From the NCBI RefSeq assembly GCF_902459465.1, contig NC_047062.1:7254001-7318000 (forward strand): a DNA stretch of 64,000 bases, in the 5' to 3' direction. Every line of letters begins with the position of its first letter. Position 1 is the first letter of the stretch. The position numbers were made by a program, and so were the translations under genes. The DNA comes from Asterias rubens (taxonomy: Eukaryota). The notes beneath the pieces are model-generated. The model saw nothing but the letters and a program-made list of their open reading frames with translations. It was not told the DNA's origin and made no database searches. Below are positions 32,211 to 45,400 of the stretch, in pieces.

Positions 32211-34467
32211 TTAACTAATTAATATAAACCACAAGTAGTTAATGTAGTAAGATGCACAACAGAAGGAAGATAAAAAAATCATAAGAGTCTGTTGCAGCAG
32301 AAACAGAAATTTGTAAATTGTAAAAGTTGTTTTAAAGAGTGAGGTTTGAAGTGATTTGTAGAGAGAAACATTGTTTATAGGAAATTAGATATTGGTTTGA
32401 GACAATCAGGCGGATTTCATGCAGGATGAAAACTCACGAAGCATTTTGCTGAGTTTGAGCAGCTGCCTGGTGGACCTACAATAGGGGAAGACTGAGCAAG
32501 TCTCTGAAGAAGATACACTTGGCCAAAAGGGGGGGGGGGGGCTACTCCTCCACACAAGCAGGGATTTAGAGAACTGATGGCAAATATGAAACAAGTAAAT
32601 GGATGAAATACAAACACTGCTTTTAATCATTTGCAGAAACTTACATGAGCTGTAATACATGTATTCCGTACTTTCCAAAAGTGTGATGTTCCACAAATGT
32701 ATTTTGCATACGTGTATCATACCATACTATATTTAAAGCAATCACTTAATACAATACTCCTTTCGCATTGCCTTATGGGTAATGTTTTGATCGAAATGTA
32801 CTTATTTCTTTTCCTTCAGACCCCCCCCCCCCCCAAGGAAAAAAAGGCATGTACTTTCTGCCATTACGGTAAGTGTGTAAATCTTCCTGCCCAAGAAAAG
32901 ATTTTTAAAATCAATCATAATTCAACCTATCCACCATAGAGCAAGTAAAACAGATCTCAAATTTCAAGAGGCCTTTTTTGGCCTCGGTGTAACCCCATGT
33001 CTGATGATGCAGCGGCATACAATATGTATTTTTTTCTCTCTTTGTATTTGTTCTTATAAATACAAGTGAAACAGCAAATTATCATGTGGCAAGTGATTCG
33101 ACATGTGTTAAGACAGAGCTGGTGGTTTGTTTACTTTTAAAAAAATTCACTGGTAGCTAAATTGTGATGGATTTTTTTTTCTGGATTTGTAAGTTGATCA
33201 TTCTCTGGGTGACTGCTAGTTTACTTGTTATGTTAACACACTGAGATTTATTCAAGTTCGTTTGTTTGTTTATTTTAGATGGTCTTCCTGTCAATATAGG
33301 CAAACTCCAAAGTAGGGATATAAACACCATGCTGGAAACAGGCATTATCTTCAAGTTTTCACTGTTTTACACAGGGTCCATGACGATGTTCAAGGAATGA
33401 CCCTGCATGCCCCACATGTCCAATGACTAATGGCGACCTGCTACAAAATAAATTTCTACAATGTACCTGACAAAGGGTGAAGCTTGGGTTAATTTTTTCT
33501 GCATGGATAAAAATATATGAAAATGAATAATGGGGTTATTTCACCAAAACCAAAAACATACTGATGGAAAAATCCACTTTTCAAACAGAAATGCCACCCA
33601 AATCTCCAGCAAATTCTGGACTTACTGTTTGTGTTGAGCTAAAAATTGTATTAAATTATAAGTTAATTCAAGCTTTGAGTCCAGTCCAAGACTTGTAAGA
33701 TACTTTTTAAAAATAAAAATGGTGGTTTTCATTTTCAAATGGAGTTGTCCATCAGTATAAGTGATGTAATCTTAACCCCAGCTACTGCATGATTATAGCG
33801 AGACATTTACGCTTTGCCATTTTTTAAGGCTGTGCACAATATGTTTTAATCTTTGTCATGCCACTGCTGGCAAAAATTCACAGCCAATATTTTTGTTTTT
33901 AACTCTTTTGGACTCAACTACAGGTAGTACGTGAACCATCGTAAGTACATGTATTATCTAGATTTCGGATTACAGGTAAATTATCATATTGTGCAAGCTA
34001 TTTTTAAATGACAAAACAGCCAACTCTGAGGAAGACAAATGAACACACACTTAGACTGAAGCCTACATGTATATTCAAGATGACATATAATGTAGATTAA
34101 GACAAGAATAATACAATAAAACATGCTTACTGCCTCCAACGGTGTCTTCCATTTTGCTAATTATAGTAACACTTATTATGTGATGGAATCGGCTGAAGAT
34201 AGATGCTGGTGCCAGTCAGAATAATGTTGCTCCCAATGTGATTAAACTGTAGGATCAAACATCAATGTAAATAGTTATTGGGACATATTTCCATGATGTA
34301 ACTAATGCATTTTACACCATTCACCTTGGTTGTAAGAATATAAACCTGATACCATGTAAATAGCATCAATGCTATTATCACATAAAATGAATGCATCCTG
34401 TATTTGAGAACATTTTACATAAAACACAGAATTAATTAGGATAGTTTGGGTTTGAGTTCTATTTCAA

Positions 34468-34657
34468 TAACACTGGACACTATTGGTAATTGTCAAAGAC
34501 CAGTCTTCTCACTTGGTGTATCTCAACATATGCATGAAATAACAAACCTGTGAAAATTTGAGCTCAATCAATCATCACAGTTGCGAGATAATAATGAAAG
34601 GAAAAACACTCTTGTCACACGAAGTTGTGTGCTTTCAGATGCTTGATTTCGAGACCT
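34468..34657. mobile_element. MITE family A, 5' half only
   Basis: CACTGGACACTATTGGTAATTGTCAAAGACCAG...TTTCGAGACCT, after which similarity ends. Confidence 0.8.
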
Positions 34658-36270
34658 TATAATCTTAAAAGAGGATTAAACCAAAACAGATTTTCATACA
34701 GAAGAAATTTTTTATGAATTTGGTTTATCAATCCTACATGTAGGTTAGTTTTTGACAAAGGTGCATATCAATTAATTTCTAAACAAATGATGTCTTTAAA
34801 TTACTTCAATTGCTTTGTCATATTCAAAGAAATGAGAGAATTTGGTTGAATAAATTTGAGAATAAATATCTTAGAATAAGGCATACAGAGGAATTACAAC
34901 AAGGCATATCAATGTTTTTGGATTTGGGTGATCCCATAAAAAGTACATGTAACATTGTAGGATACAGTGCCACTGTCATCATGTTTGTGGGGAGCTTTCT
35001 GATCACTAGTTAGGGTTTACAAGGTATGACCTTCAAACATCCATAAATAATATTTACAAATCATTAGAGCTCAAAATACTTGATTCATGTAAACCGGTAC
35101 ATGTAGCACAAGGGCTCAAAATTTACACTGGACCAGAAGCCTGAGAGGCCAGTGATTTCAGTAATGGGCCAGTAACCTCACGACCAGACTGGTGGTCATA
35201 AATTTTTCAGTATCAAGTGTGTTATCTTTATTTACAAAAATGATTCTATTGTTGACTTTTAGCCTGATAAATGTTTTTAAATTCTAAAATCAAATAAGAT
35301 AAATCCTCTCTTAATAGCCTACTTGTTCAAATAAACAAGTTTATTGGGATTGATTAACTGTAGATATTTTGTCCGTTATTTTGATGTTCAAGAAATTCTG
35401 GTCCAGAAACAAATTTGAGCTACATGTACATGTAAAAGCCATGCAGACTTGTGTGGATTTTTCTCCAAACTTTTAAGCACTGCCGTACATGAACTAAGCC
35501 TACTCCTCAATTTTATCTTCATGCCACCCTGGTAAGCTTTCTATGGTAAGACACAGACAGTAAATGGTCATTTTCATACTATTTATGTATCATTAGACCC
35601 TACTATCCTGCACATTGAAACACAACACGAAACTAATCAATTTTTAAAAGCATTTTGAACTCCTTTATTGACAAAGTGGATTTGGAAGAATACAGTTAAG
35701 CCCATTGACAATATAGATTACTCTTCCTTCACAAGATCTGTTGCTGTTCTTTGCTTCCAAAAGGGGGGAAAATCAATATTTGTATTGTTGTGAAAGAGTT
35801 GTCTCTGTTCTGTCTTTCCATTTAGGAATTCTGTTTCTTTTAGAGTAACGTCGTTTGGTCACTTGGCACATGTACACAATACAATCGTAAGTTGTACTCC
35901 TACGCTTAGGCCCTAAAACATGAACAATAGTTTTAAATTGCTGAATTGTTATTTAAGCAATAGTCACACATACCAATTTCAATTTGATGTATTTTTGTTT
36001 TGATGATAAGTAAGAGAATTTTACTGCGATTCATCACATGTTTTTGAAAAGAAAAAAAGAAAAAAAACCAGGCAGATTGCATTGCTGTTTGGAATTTCTT
36101 CTTATCGCTTGTAGTTTTTGAAAGTTGTTTGTGCACTAAAAACACTTACTTCATGTTGTAATTAGTGGGTAGAGATTTTAAGAAAACTAAATTTTGCCGC
36201 TGGAAGTCACGTCTTCTTGAATAAAGTAGGCCTATGCAAATCAACTTTAGAATTATTAACAAGTGAAGTG

Positions 36271-36410
36271 GGTACCGGTCACTTCGGCACCTTGCAAACT
36301 CGGCACCTGCAAACTTGGCACCTTGCAAACTCTGCACCTACCTCGGTACCTTGCAAACTCGGCACCCACAAACTTGGCACATGTACGTACGTAAACAAAC
36401 TCGGCACCGA
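36271..36410. repeat. Array of about 15-16 bp AACTCGGCACC units
   Basis: About 8 degenerate units spaced by TTGCA/TGCA. Confidence 0.75.
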
Positions 36411-37953
36411 GTTGAAAAAGTTCGATTTTCACACTGCGTGGTAGGCCTTATTATATAAATGTAAAACTAAAAGTTCAGTCCCACCTACCTAGGGGCATAG
36501 TCCCATAAAAAGCTTGATTCTGTTATTTTTATAAAGTTATTAGTAATAACATTACAAATAATATTGGAATATAATTATCGTAAAATTTGCCAGAAAATAG
36601 AATTTCGAAGAAAAAACAGGAATACAGCGCCCCAGTCATTTTTTTACTAGGTCTAATCTAAAGTAAATGTAGGCCTACCCCCTTGCCCTCTAATATAATA
36701 ATCCTGCATGCTGCGCTGACTGGCATAGTTCAACTTCTAGTTTAAAAGAGAGATTTCAGTCATGTAAGTTTACCATAACATAAGAACAAGTTTACACAAA
36801 AACATACAGTCATGACACTGACAGTACACGACTACAGATTAAGGGAGGACCAATCAGAATCCCCATAATTCCTGTGTGTGTCCGAAAGCCCTTCATCAGC
36901 TGCAGTCTTCACGTTTTTGACCCCACTTCTTTTTGCGACGCGTGGGTTATAATTTGTACTTAGTAAAATTCATGCTTTGCATAAATTTAATTTCAATATT
37001 CCTAGGTTGATTACTCACTTTGATGTGCAGGAACTGCCATGTTTATTTTGAGGTTTTAATTCATTTGAAGGACTTCTCGTTTCAAGGCGAAGATCAAGAT
37101 GTCGGGACAGACAATCATCGAACCAGATACACCAGCACACACACACCCTGCCTGAATGTTTGTGTGGTTTCTACGGTCGGCTGCTCTTCCGCCCTGGCCT
37201 TGTGTGAATTGGTATCAACAAACCAACAGAGGGCGCCGTGGTATAAATTTCTAAAGTTTTTCCGCCCACCTCTTGTGTCAAATTTCGATTATTATTTTTT
37301 GTTGACGTAAAATTTATACCAAAAACGTATCATTTTTTTTCAGATGACTAATTTTAAAAAACTCTATGAAGAAACCAGCAGATTTTGATTACAACGTGAT
37401 CTTCCTCAATGACCATTCTACAACTATGGGCAGCCTTCCTCACAGTCACTGGTGTAGATTATTTTCCTTTGTGGCGTTCCATAGTAATTTGTAATGTTTT
37501 CCGGTATTGCATAATTTGTTGTACCGGTATGGTACAACCATTTTAGAATCATCAAGATTCTTCTGCCCATCATAGTAAGGAATAATCTTCCGCACGTCGC
37601 CACCAATTTATCCGCCGTTAATAAAATTCAAAGAAACAGTTAGCAAATGATGCTGAACATTTTTAGTACAACTACAAGAAATTGTAAAAGTTAAAAACTC
37701 AATCTCCACAAGTGTTGCAGTGGCAGTGTTGTGTGGACACTGGAATGGAGGTCAACTGGAACAGTAAGAAATCAACTCAGACATGTCAGATGCTAACTAA
37801 CTGTGTATGATGAAGTCTGATACAGAGTGAACTACCTCCATGATAAAACTAATTGACAAACTACTGTACAGCTGAAAAAGTTCTGTCTTACTATCTTCTA
37901 TAAAAAATATCAACTGATGATTTAAATCAAGCCTGAATGAAAGTGACGACAAC

Positions 37954-39045
37954 ATGGCAGGTTTTCAGCAGGCAGCCTTTCCAGTCATAAAGCTTGCATC
38001 ACTCGCCATAAAGCAAATCAGTAAACCTCTGGCAAAGAGAATCCAGCTGATGGCCAAGACGAGACCGTTTATTCGCAAATACATCTGCATGCCTCCCGCT
38101 CAGTGTAAGTAGAAACTTTTACCTTCGCCTGATTCTGTTCGGCCAGGGAAAAATGAGAGGTTGATATTTATCTGGACCAAAAATAAATAGTATCACACAA
38201 GCTAGTTGCAATAAACGTATACCTCCTCTGACTATAAGTGGACCCAAGGGTAGCCATTATCAAACTACACAAACACATAGAAGGAAAAATATAGTGCTTC
38301 TGTACTCCTAGAACTAATTCGGTTTCGTCCGGTTATCTCAGCTGGACGAAACCGAAATAGTTCTGCATCCATATCCAAATAGGCAGAATGGAATGCCGAG
38401 ATGCGCTATATGTCTTCCTTGAGCGCGCGTGTGATAACAAAATAATCTTTAAGCAATTTTGACGCACAGGTAAAGGTAATACGCAGTGTTGGAAAAGCTT
38501 TATGTATGGCGCTACTCCTAGATCTATGAGGTTTCTGTAGTGGAACGAAACCTCATAGTTCTAGTAGTTTGGCGGTAGCAAAATATCAACGAAGAGAGAA
38601 AATTATAAGAAAAAAGTTGAGACGCACTCGGTACAATTGTATATATTTGTGCTTTTGAACTTTGACAAATTATTTATTTATTTATAATCAACTTGTTTTG
38701 ATTTCTATTTCAACAGTACATCATTGGATAGAAATCAATCTCAAGATGCGTATTCTGGGTCTTGGGAAAGCCTCTTCGGTCAAACCTCTGAGCGAGGAAG
38801 CAGCCGTCGAGCTAGGAGCAGAAATCATCGGCGAGACCTTTCTCTTCTCGGTAGCCGTGGGAACGATATCGTTTGAATATTTCCGTCAACAGAGGAAGGA
38901 TCAAGAGCATGAAGGGGAGCAGACGTCGGCCATTAGTGAACTACAGAGTAGAGTTGAAGAACTAGGAATCTTCATAGAACAGCAAGATGCTAAGATTAGA
39001 GAACTCCAGAGAAATATGTTAAATCTCACACCAACAAGGAAATGA
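37954..39045 (+). CDS. OPA3: Optic atrophy 3 protein homolog (exons 37954-38104, 38717-39045; 159 aa)
   Basis: AFPVIKLASLAIKQISKPLAKRIQ...[24 protein letters not shown]...KPLSEEAAVELGAEIIGE...EYFRQ; GT-AG phase-1 intron after PPAQ, as recalled for vertebrate OPA3. Confidence 0.95.
38303..38567. repeat. Two short hairpin elements (TACTCCTAG...CTAG) in the OPA3 intron
   Basis: AGAACTAATTCGGTTTCGTCC/GGACGAAACCGAAATAGTTCT (38310-38364) and CTATGAGGTTTC/GAAACCTCATAG (within 38513-38567); related to 54315-54537. Confidence 0.65.
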
Positions 39046-39237
39046 TCAAGTTGCTCTTGGTTTGCTTGATGGTATGAATGTGAGGAGCTATTACTTTTGT
39101 AATAAAGAGCGATTTGTTACTGGGCGGTGACGTCCCACCCCAACTTGACAATCACCCCAACTATAGTTTGGACCGATCCCTGCTTGGGTGTTACAGTTGG
39201 GGCAGCCCAACAATAGCTGGGATCACCTTCTGACTGA

Positions 39238-39480
39238 GGGTGCGTTCGTTTAGCTTCCCTCGGTCGACCCCGCAGTGCTCACTCGGGTGAGCCCCCGACA
39301 AGAGCTAATCGAACGATCACACTCACCCTCTCATGGTGACGCCATGCACCTCAGGTCACCCCCAAGTGACCCACTCCACAAGCAGGGCACTGGGGGCTGA
39401 CCCGGGTGAGCCCCGTCAAAGCTATTCGAACATACTGGGGCAGACCGGGGTCGACTCAGGGAAGCTAAATGAACGCACCC
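39238..39480. mobile_element. GC-rich MITE (Harbinger-like GGGTGCG termini) downstream of the OPA3 stop
   Basis: GGGTGCGTTCGTTTAGCTTCCCT / AGGGAAGCTAAATGAACGCACCC (23 bp, 1 mismatch); no clear TSD. Confidence 0.7.
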
Positions 39481-41739
39481 ATTGTGATAGTGTTTACCGG
39501 GACAGAACAGTGACACAAATTATAGACCATCTTGGAAAACAATCTGTAAATTCAGGTTTGCAGTAACACCATGTAATAATCCCTCTAACAACTTAATGTT
39601 TCATTCAGTATCCCCTTGATTGTCTTTGGAGAAAAGATGGAATCTGATGCTGCTTGTTCAGTGTTTAATGGAAATCCAACAATCAAAACACCAACAGACA
39701 TGTACCAATATACACCTTTGAGGCTCTGGTTTGAGGTGGAACGTGAACTAGGGACAACATTGGTGAAAGCATGGTGAAAGTCTGAGGGGAGATGCCACTA
39801 TGAAAATTATAATCAGAAACATACCTTTCCTAGATTTATGTAAAACATGATGTTTTACGACAACTAGTGTATCAAACGGAGACTTCCCCAAAATATTTTT
39901 GCATTACAGTATTTGAAAGGTAAAGTACAAGATTGCAAGTTAAAAGAAACATGATTATGAATTTCATGCCAGTGCCAATCCTCCAGAGAAATGCTTTCCT
40001 CAAAATAAAATTCTGAAATTAAAATAAGCCAGATGTGAATGAGCACCAATCCCCTGAAATGTGACTGTTGATAAAAGTTTTAGGCAGGATTTGGTAAAAT
40101 GTTGTCAAAATTTGCTATATAAACCGAGTTTTAAAATGTTCACTTACTACGTACATTACATGTAAATGACAAACAATACGGGGTGTCCAAATTTACAGCA
40201 AGGTGTCAAAAAAAACGCCATTTCACCCCTCTGGCTAACACTATGCCATTGAGAAAATGTTCACAGGTCAATTGGATAGTGAGTGTTATTGAAAACTAGA
40301 GGATGTATAGAAATTTACTCTTTCCCCCCAAAGTGTGTCTTTCTCTTTTAACAGCCTTATTGAAATACTTAAAAGTTATCATTGATCAACCAAAAATATG
40401 CCAGATAAAATAATTGCTGAGAGATGTAGTGAATGCTTTGTAAATGCTTTGCAAAATAGATGGTTTGAATGGCTGTGGTTGTACCATCCCGTAAACGGTA
40501 TGAAGATTGGCTGACTTTCTCGTTTTTAAAATTTTAACCACAAAGGGAAGTGACAGGGTGAATTTTCTTTGGTACAAGTAAGTTGCATGCCGGAGTACAA
40601 TCAATTTTTGTTACTTCTACAATACTCCCGTTCACATAACTTTTTTAATATAGGTCAAAGGGAAAAGTTTTATTATATACTTTATGTATTTATTCAATAT
40701 AAAACTATCATAAAAACAAACAATATAAAAGTATTTACAAGTTATCTCGCCAATTCAGTATATGTACAAAACCATGTGTTTCTATTTCTCAAAAAATTGT
40801 TGTGACATTTTTCCTGAAAATGTAAACGGGACAACAATATCAACAATTTAAGCCATGTATGGGTGTGTGGGTCTATGAAGGGTTAGAATAGTAATTTGGT
40901 TTTCACAAACCTTTTGCAACACAGCTATTTCATGCCAATAAGTTTTGCTTTTGGTATGAATTTAAAAGAGACTGTGTCGTCTTGATCAAAGCAGGCCTGT
41001 GGCTGTACATGGAATTAGGAAATCTTACAGAGAAAAGGCCTGTCTTGATAACAAGAACAAAAACGTTAAAAATGTATGCCCTCGATTGGTTGAATAAGCG
41101 TGGGCGTATTCTGCATGGAGCAGTTCAACCAATAGAATGCTTTCTCTTTGCGACGTTATTGTTATCAATTTCGTTATCGCTGCAGTGTGACCAGGCCTTT
41201 ACTGTATTTGCGCGCTCTCCCACCATATCAATCTATGTAGAGCACGCACATGTGTGCAGTAACTGGGTGAGTCATAGTTCAATGTATAGCCAAAGTTCCT
41301 TTGATCACGATGACAGAGCCCATATAAGTTTTAAGTTTTTTAATGTGACCTAAATATCAGTTTTCCCTTTGTATGAAATGAAATATTCTTATGCAAATTA
41401 TGTTTTTACGGTCGTATTAAAAATGCGAGAATGTGGTTTACCTGCAGATTAGTATCTGATTAAAAAATTATAAAAAATGTTTAAAATAAAATTGTTTTAA
41501 TTAATGTCTCTGTACATATTTACAATCAATGATAAAACTCTGCGGAAATCAGAGGGATGCATAATTTTGTTTTCATTCAAATTAGAACTGATTGAGTCAA
41601 TGGATTGAAACTTGGAGATTTTTGTAATAGATCCTCCTGAAATATTTCACTTACTTTTTTGTAAGAGGCAATTCCCAGGGAAGAAAACCCCAGAAAATTC
41701 CTTAAAAATTAACACTATCCTGCAAAAAATAAGCACTCG

Positions 41740-42260
41740 GTATTCTACCCACTACATGTAATTGGCTGTAAGTAAAGTCTGTCCCGAGCCAATGGTGGTT
41801 CATCAGGCTGGTGTTTATATCCTGTTACTTTGGCCTTAAACAACTGAGAATATTTGTATACCCCCTGGACAGGATGCCAGAGTCCATCAAAGGTTACTTT
41901 CCAACTCTCACACCGGTGCCCATAAGCCTTTTTGAGATATGTGACCACAATGCTACAACACTGTAAAGTTGTGGTAAATTTGTGCGTATTGACCATTGAA
42001 ATAGAACGTATGTTATTCAGGCGACGCAGCGTTTACACGTAAACCTAATGACCACCAACATGGTGAGCGTGGCATCAGTCGCAGCGTGTGACGCGCGCGT
42101 ATCACGTCCGCCATACCCAAAAAGGCTTATTTGTACTTCTGGATGAAGAGAAGCAATTATGATAAAGTGCCTTGCTAAAGAACATAAGTGTCGCGACTGA
42201 CAGGCCAGGATTCGAACTTGCATTCTGTAAATTACAGAACCTGGGTTCATCCCCGTAGAC
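41740..42260 (-). mobile_element. tRNA-derived SINE (minus strand) interrupted by a TA-flanked MITE
   Basis: Plus strand shows AAAGTGCCTTGCTAAAGAACATAAGTGTC...GGATTCGAAC (reverse B-box); core sequence continues on both sides of 41925-42127. Confidence 0.55.
41925..42127. mobile_element. MITE family F (TA|AGCCTTTTTGAG...AAAAAGGCT|TA)
   Basis: TA flanks and TIR; second copy at 45599-45760. Confidence 0.75.
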
Positions 42261-42431
42261 TGTGCTCTGCCACGCCACCCCACTCACTGTGTCAGTGTAC
42301 TATAGTAAGACCATCACAATCTTTATTTTTCGAAAACCGAATCTCTGGGACATAACCACCTGAGAGATGAACTTTTTGCAGAAACCAGTCCAGATAGCAA
42401 GATACAAACTGCGCTACGACTCATAGGCTGA

Positions 42432-45400
42432 TCACTGGGGGATGTTACTCATGAACTTCTGAAGTGCGTTGAGACGAGCGTCAATCTCAGTCATTTCTGA
42501 TGAGCGGTTGTACATGGATTGATCTGAATGAAACAAAAAAGCAACATGAAAACAAGATCACTATAGGACACACAATCATGCGTTTCACATGTGCACCACA
42601 CTCACATTTCACACAACTTATTGCACGACTGACGACTGGTTAGTGAACAATACGGCTGCTATAAAAAATGTTTGAAAAGCACTGTTAACAAATTACTCAT
42701 GCTCATGTCGTGCAGAGAATACAGTGCTTACTTCTACCTCATTACTTGGCAGGATTCATAAGTTAGGACATAAAAGCAAAGGAGCAATGACACAAATGCT
42801 CAAGGACACAAATGCCGGGCCTGAGATTCGAACCCACATCGTGATGACTCAGCCACAACAAGTTGAACTTGGTTTGCTAGATCACACATCAGTGTATGGT
42901 AAACCCCCCAAATATACAAATGTTGACGCGGTTCTTTATTGTTACAGGCTGAGATGCATACCTCTGTCTACTCCATAGTCGTATAGATCCTTTTGCCTGA
43001 TCTTAGCTTGATTAGTTACTCGTTGGGCTCTGTCAGGATCATGGAGTGGATCAGGCGTACTCATCATCGTACTAAGTAGTTAAGGTAGAACCATTTACTG
43101 CGTTGCATTTAGTGGTTAATAATAATGATAATGGATATTTTACGTAGTGGGGGTATCCGCCAATTATGACGCTCATAACGCATGAACTGGGCCATTTAGT
43201 TCATTCCTTAAACCATCTCTGCTCTCTGGCGAGTGTACAGCCTGTATGGCATAGGGAGGCTTTGCCACCAAGCAAGTAGTGCACCAAGCTAAAACAGTCA
43301 CGAGAACATCTACCTTCACAGGTACCCATATGCTCCTAGGTGAATATAAGCAAATATAATTGAGTGTCTTGCTCAAGAACACAGGTGTCATAGCCTAGAT
43401 TTGAACCCCCACCCTGATGACTTGGCCAACATGGCCCAATTACATACAGCCGCTTAAAGCACAAAATATGGCCTAAACATCTTTCTGCTAAGCAGAAATG
43501 AGCAGCATACCAGCCATAAATAGTATATGTGACATCGTAGTTTGGTTAGTAACCTTATTCTGGTAAGCATAATTTTGTTGTGCTTGGCATCATTTTGTGC
43601 TTAAGTAGCTATATGAAAACAAAAACAAAAAACTTTGCACAGTGCTTTTCGGTTTTCATTTTGGCAGCTTTTAATTGTTTTTCTAGAGGAATTCTGCTGA
43701 AAAATTTTGTACACTGTAAGGTGATGTCACTGAAAGAGTTATAAGTGAACCTGTTAAAAGGATATCTTTTGGGCTTGCCTGCTGGTGCAGCTCTCCTGTA
43801 TGGCTGTGAAAGGAAATCAAAACATGTTCAATAAACAGTTGGTGATCAATGGTGAAGTCTAATAAGTAGGGCTTGAATTTGGGTGGGAGGGAACTACAAG
43901 ATTGCAACAAGGGCCAAGGCTTGAAGCTCAAAATATTTACTGGACCAGAATTTTGTGTACAAAACCATGGAATTGAAATGAGAAAACAAGAGGAAATCAG
44001 CAATTCAGCTGAGAAATTGCATGCCTGGTGAAAGTACAATTTGAAATGGTTTTCTTAGAAATTTTGATTTGCACATTAAATTGCACATTCACCCATCATG
44101 GCAAAAGATTTAGGTCAGAGATTGACAAAGTTATTGAAATACAAAAAACTCACTATTGTTGGGTTATCCCAGGCAGTAGACGCAGTCCTGCGTTGCTTTC
44201 TTACATTGTTAAGTACTCTACAGATAGAGGAGAAAAAAAAAAAAAACATTCTCAATTCAAATTCTACTTCTGATTAGCAACTCACCCATGCTATTACTCC
44301 AATGACCAAGTGCCACTCTATATATCAAGCAAACGAAACAGCAAAAGGTTCAACGCCATCAATGGCAGCCACCATCAAACTGCTGTTTTTAGATAAGATA
44401 TCCATTACAAATATCTGGGGCTTATGAAATTAGCAAAGACCCAAAAACCATCACAATGTACAAGTGTTTATTGATGACACAGATGAAAAAACTAAAATAT
44501 TAGTGCAAAATCAAAAACACTAAAATCACTTCACATATAGTGTTCTTAAAATAGCTAATAGCTACAAGAGAGAAGGGTAAACAAAATGTTATGTCCAAAG
44601 AAACCACAGAAAGTTCAAGTACAAAAAGAAGTTAATTCACTTTCAAGGATCACCTTTTTCTCTTCTGTGAGGAATCGGAGAGAACATCGATGTCACTCAA
44701 TCCACTCGTTGAGACTCGACTGCCGCGACTTCCAACTGATGAGTTACTCCTGGACCGAGGTCTTGAGTAAGCTTTCAAGAATTATTTGAAAAGGATCAGA
44801 GATTATTCTAATGAAACTCACAGGTAGCCTGAGTGTGAAGTTTGCAGTAGCCGCAGGAGACAATGAGGATACTCATGTGGTTATAATGGACTTGCCTTAT
44901 TCTGATAATGATCAAAAGATTTTAAAATTCAACATTTTGGTTGTTGCAACCAGAATTGTAAATACATGTTATCATATTGTATATTTAAAAAAAACAGACT
45001 GCTAAGATTATATTAGGGTTAGTACTCAGTTGGTAGAGTCCCAGGTTCCACTCTGGTCAAATTTTCTTTGTTCAACCTGAATAGGTCTTAATACCCAGTC
45101 AGTTTCCCTTGTGGTTTATTACTTGGTATTTGAAATAAAAAGTTGCAACCCTCGTAATATTACTGCTGCTTCCCAGGTTGTATCGTAAACTTTGGTGTAA
45201 CCCCTGGCTATAGGGCAGTTACAGAATGAATGGCTTTAGACTGGCACAAAATATGGAGACCACCACCCTGCACCAACATATAGGGCTAGATAGCTCAGTT
45301 GGTAGCTGATCGGAACTTTCATCTGGAGGTCCAAAATTATTTAAAACATAATCAGTCGGTTGCCTTTGGGGTTTATTACTATATATTCCATACACAAAGC

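Noticed and set aside
32406-32720. ORFs around a poly-G tract and plus-strand peptide ADFMQDENSRSILLSLSSCLVDLQ*
   Set aside because: No recognisable domain and no compatible upstream exon found; likely chance ORFs.
33367-34246. Two minus-strand exon-like blocks as a protein-coding gene
   Set aside because: The only frame that joins them contains an in-frame TAG, and the other frames stop within a few codons.
38513-38567. Hairpin containing TATGAG...GAAAC as a second hammerhead
   Set aside because: It lacks the CUGANGA core and three-stem geometry; a simple inverted repeat.
38662-38716. N-terminal part of ORF 38662..39045
   Set aside because: It is the polypyrimidine tract and acceptor of the OPA3 intron; the real frame begins in exon 1 at 37954.
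45015-45340. tRNA-like sequences (GCTCAGTTGGTAG); also 10157, 13810 and 49200-49420
   Set aside because: Only A- or B-box fragments without a complete cloverleaf; these are SINE heads, not tRNA genes.
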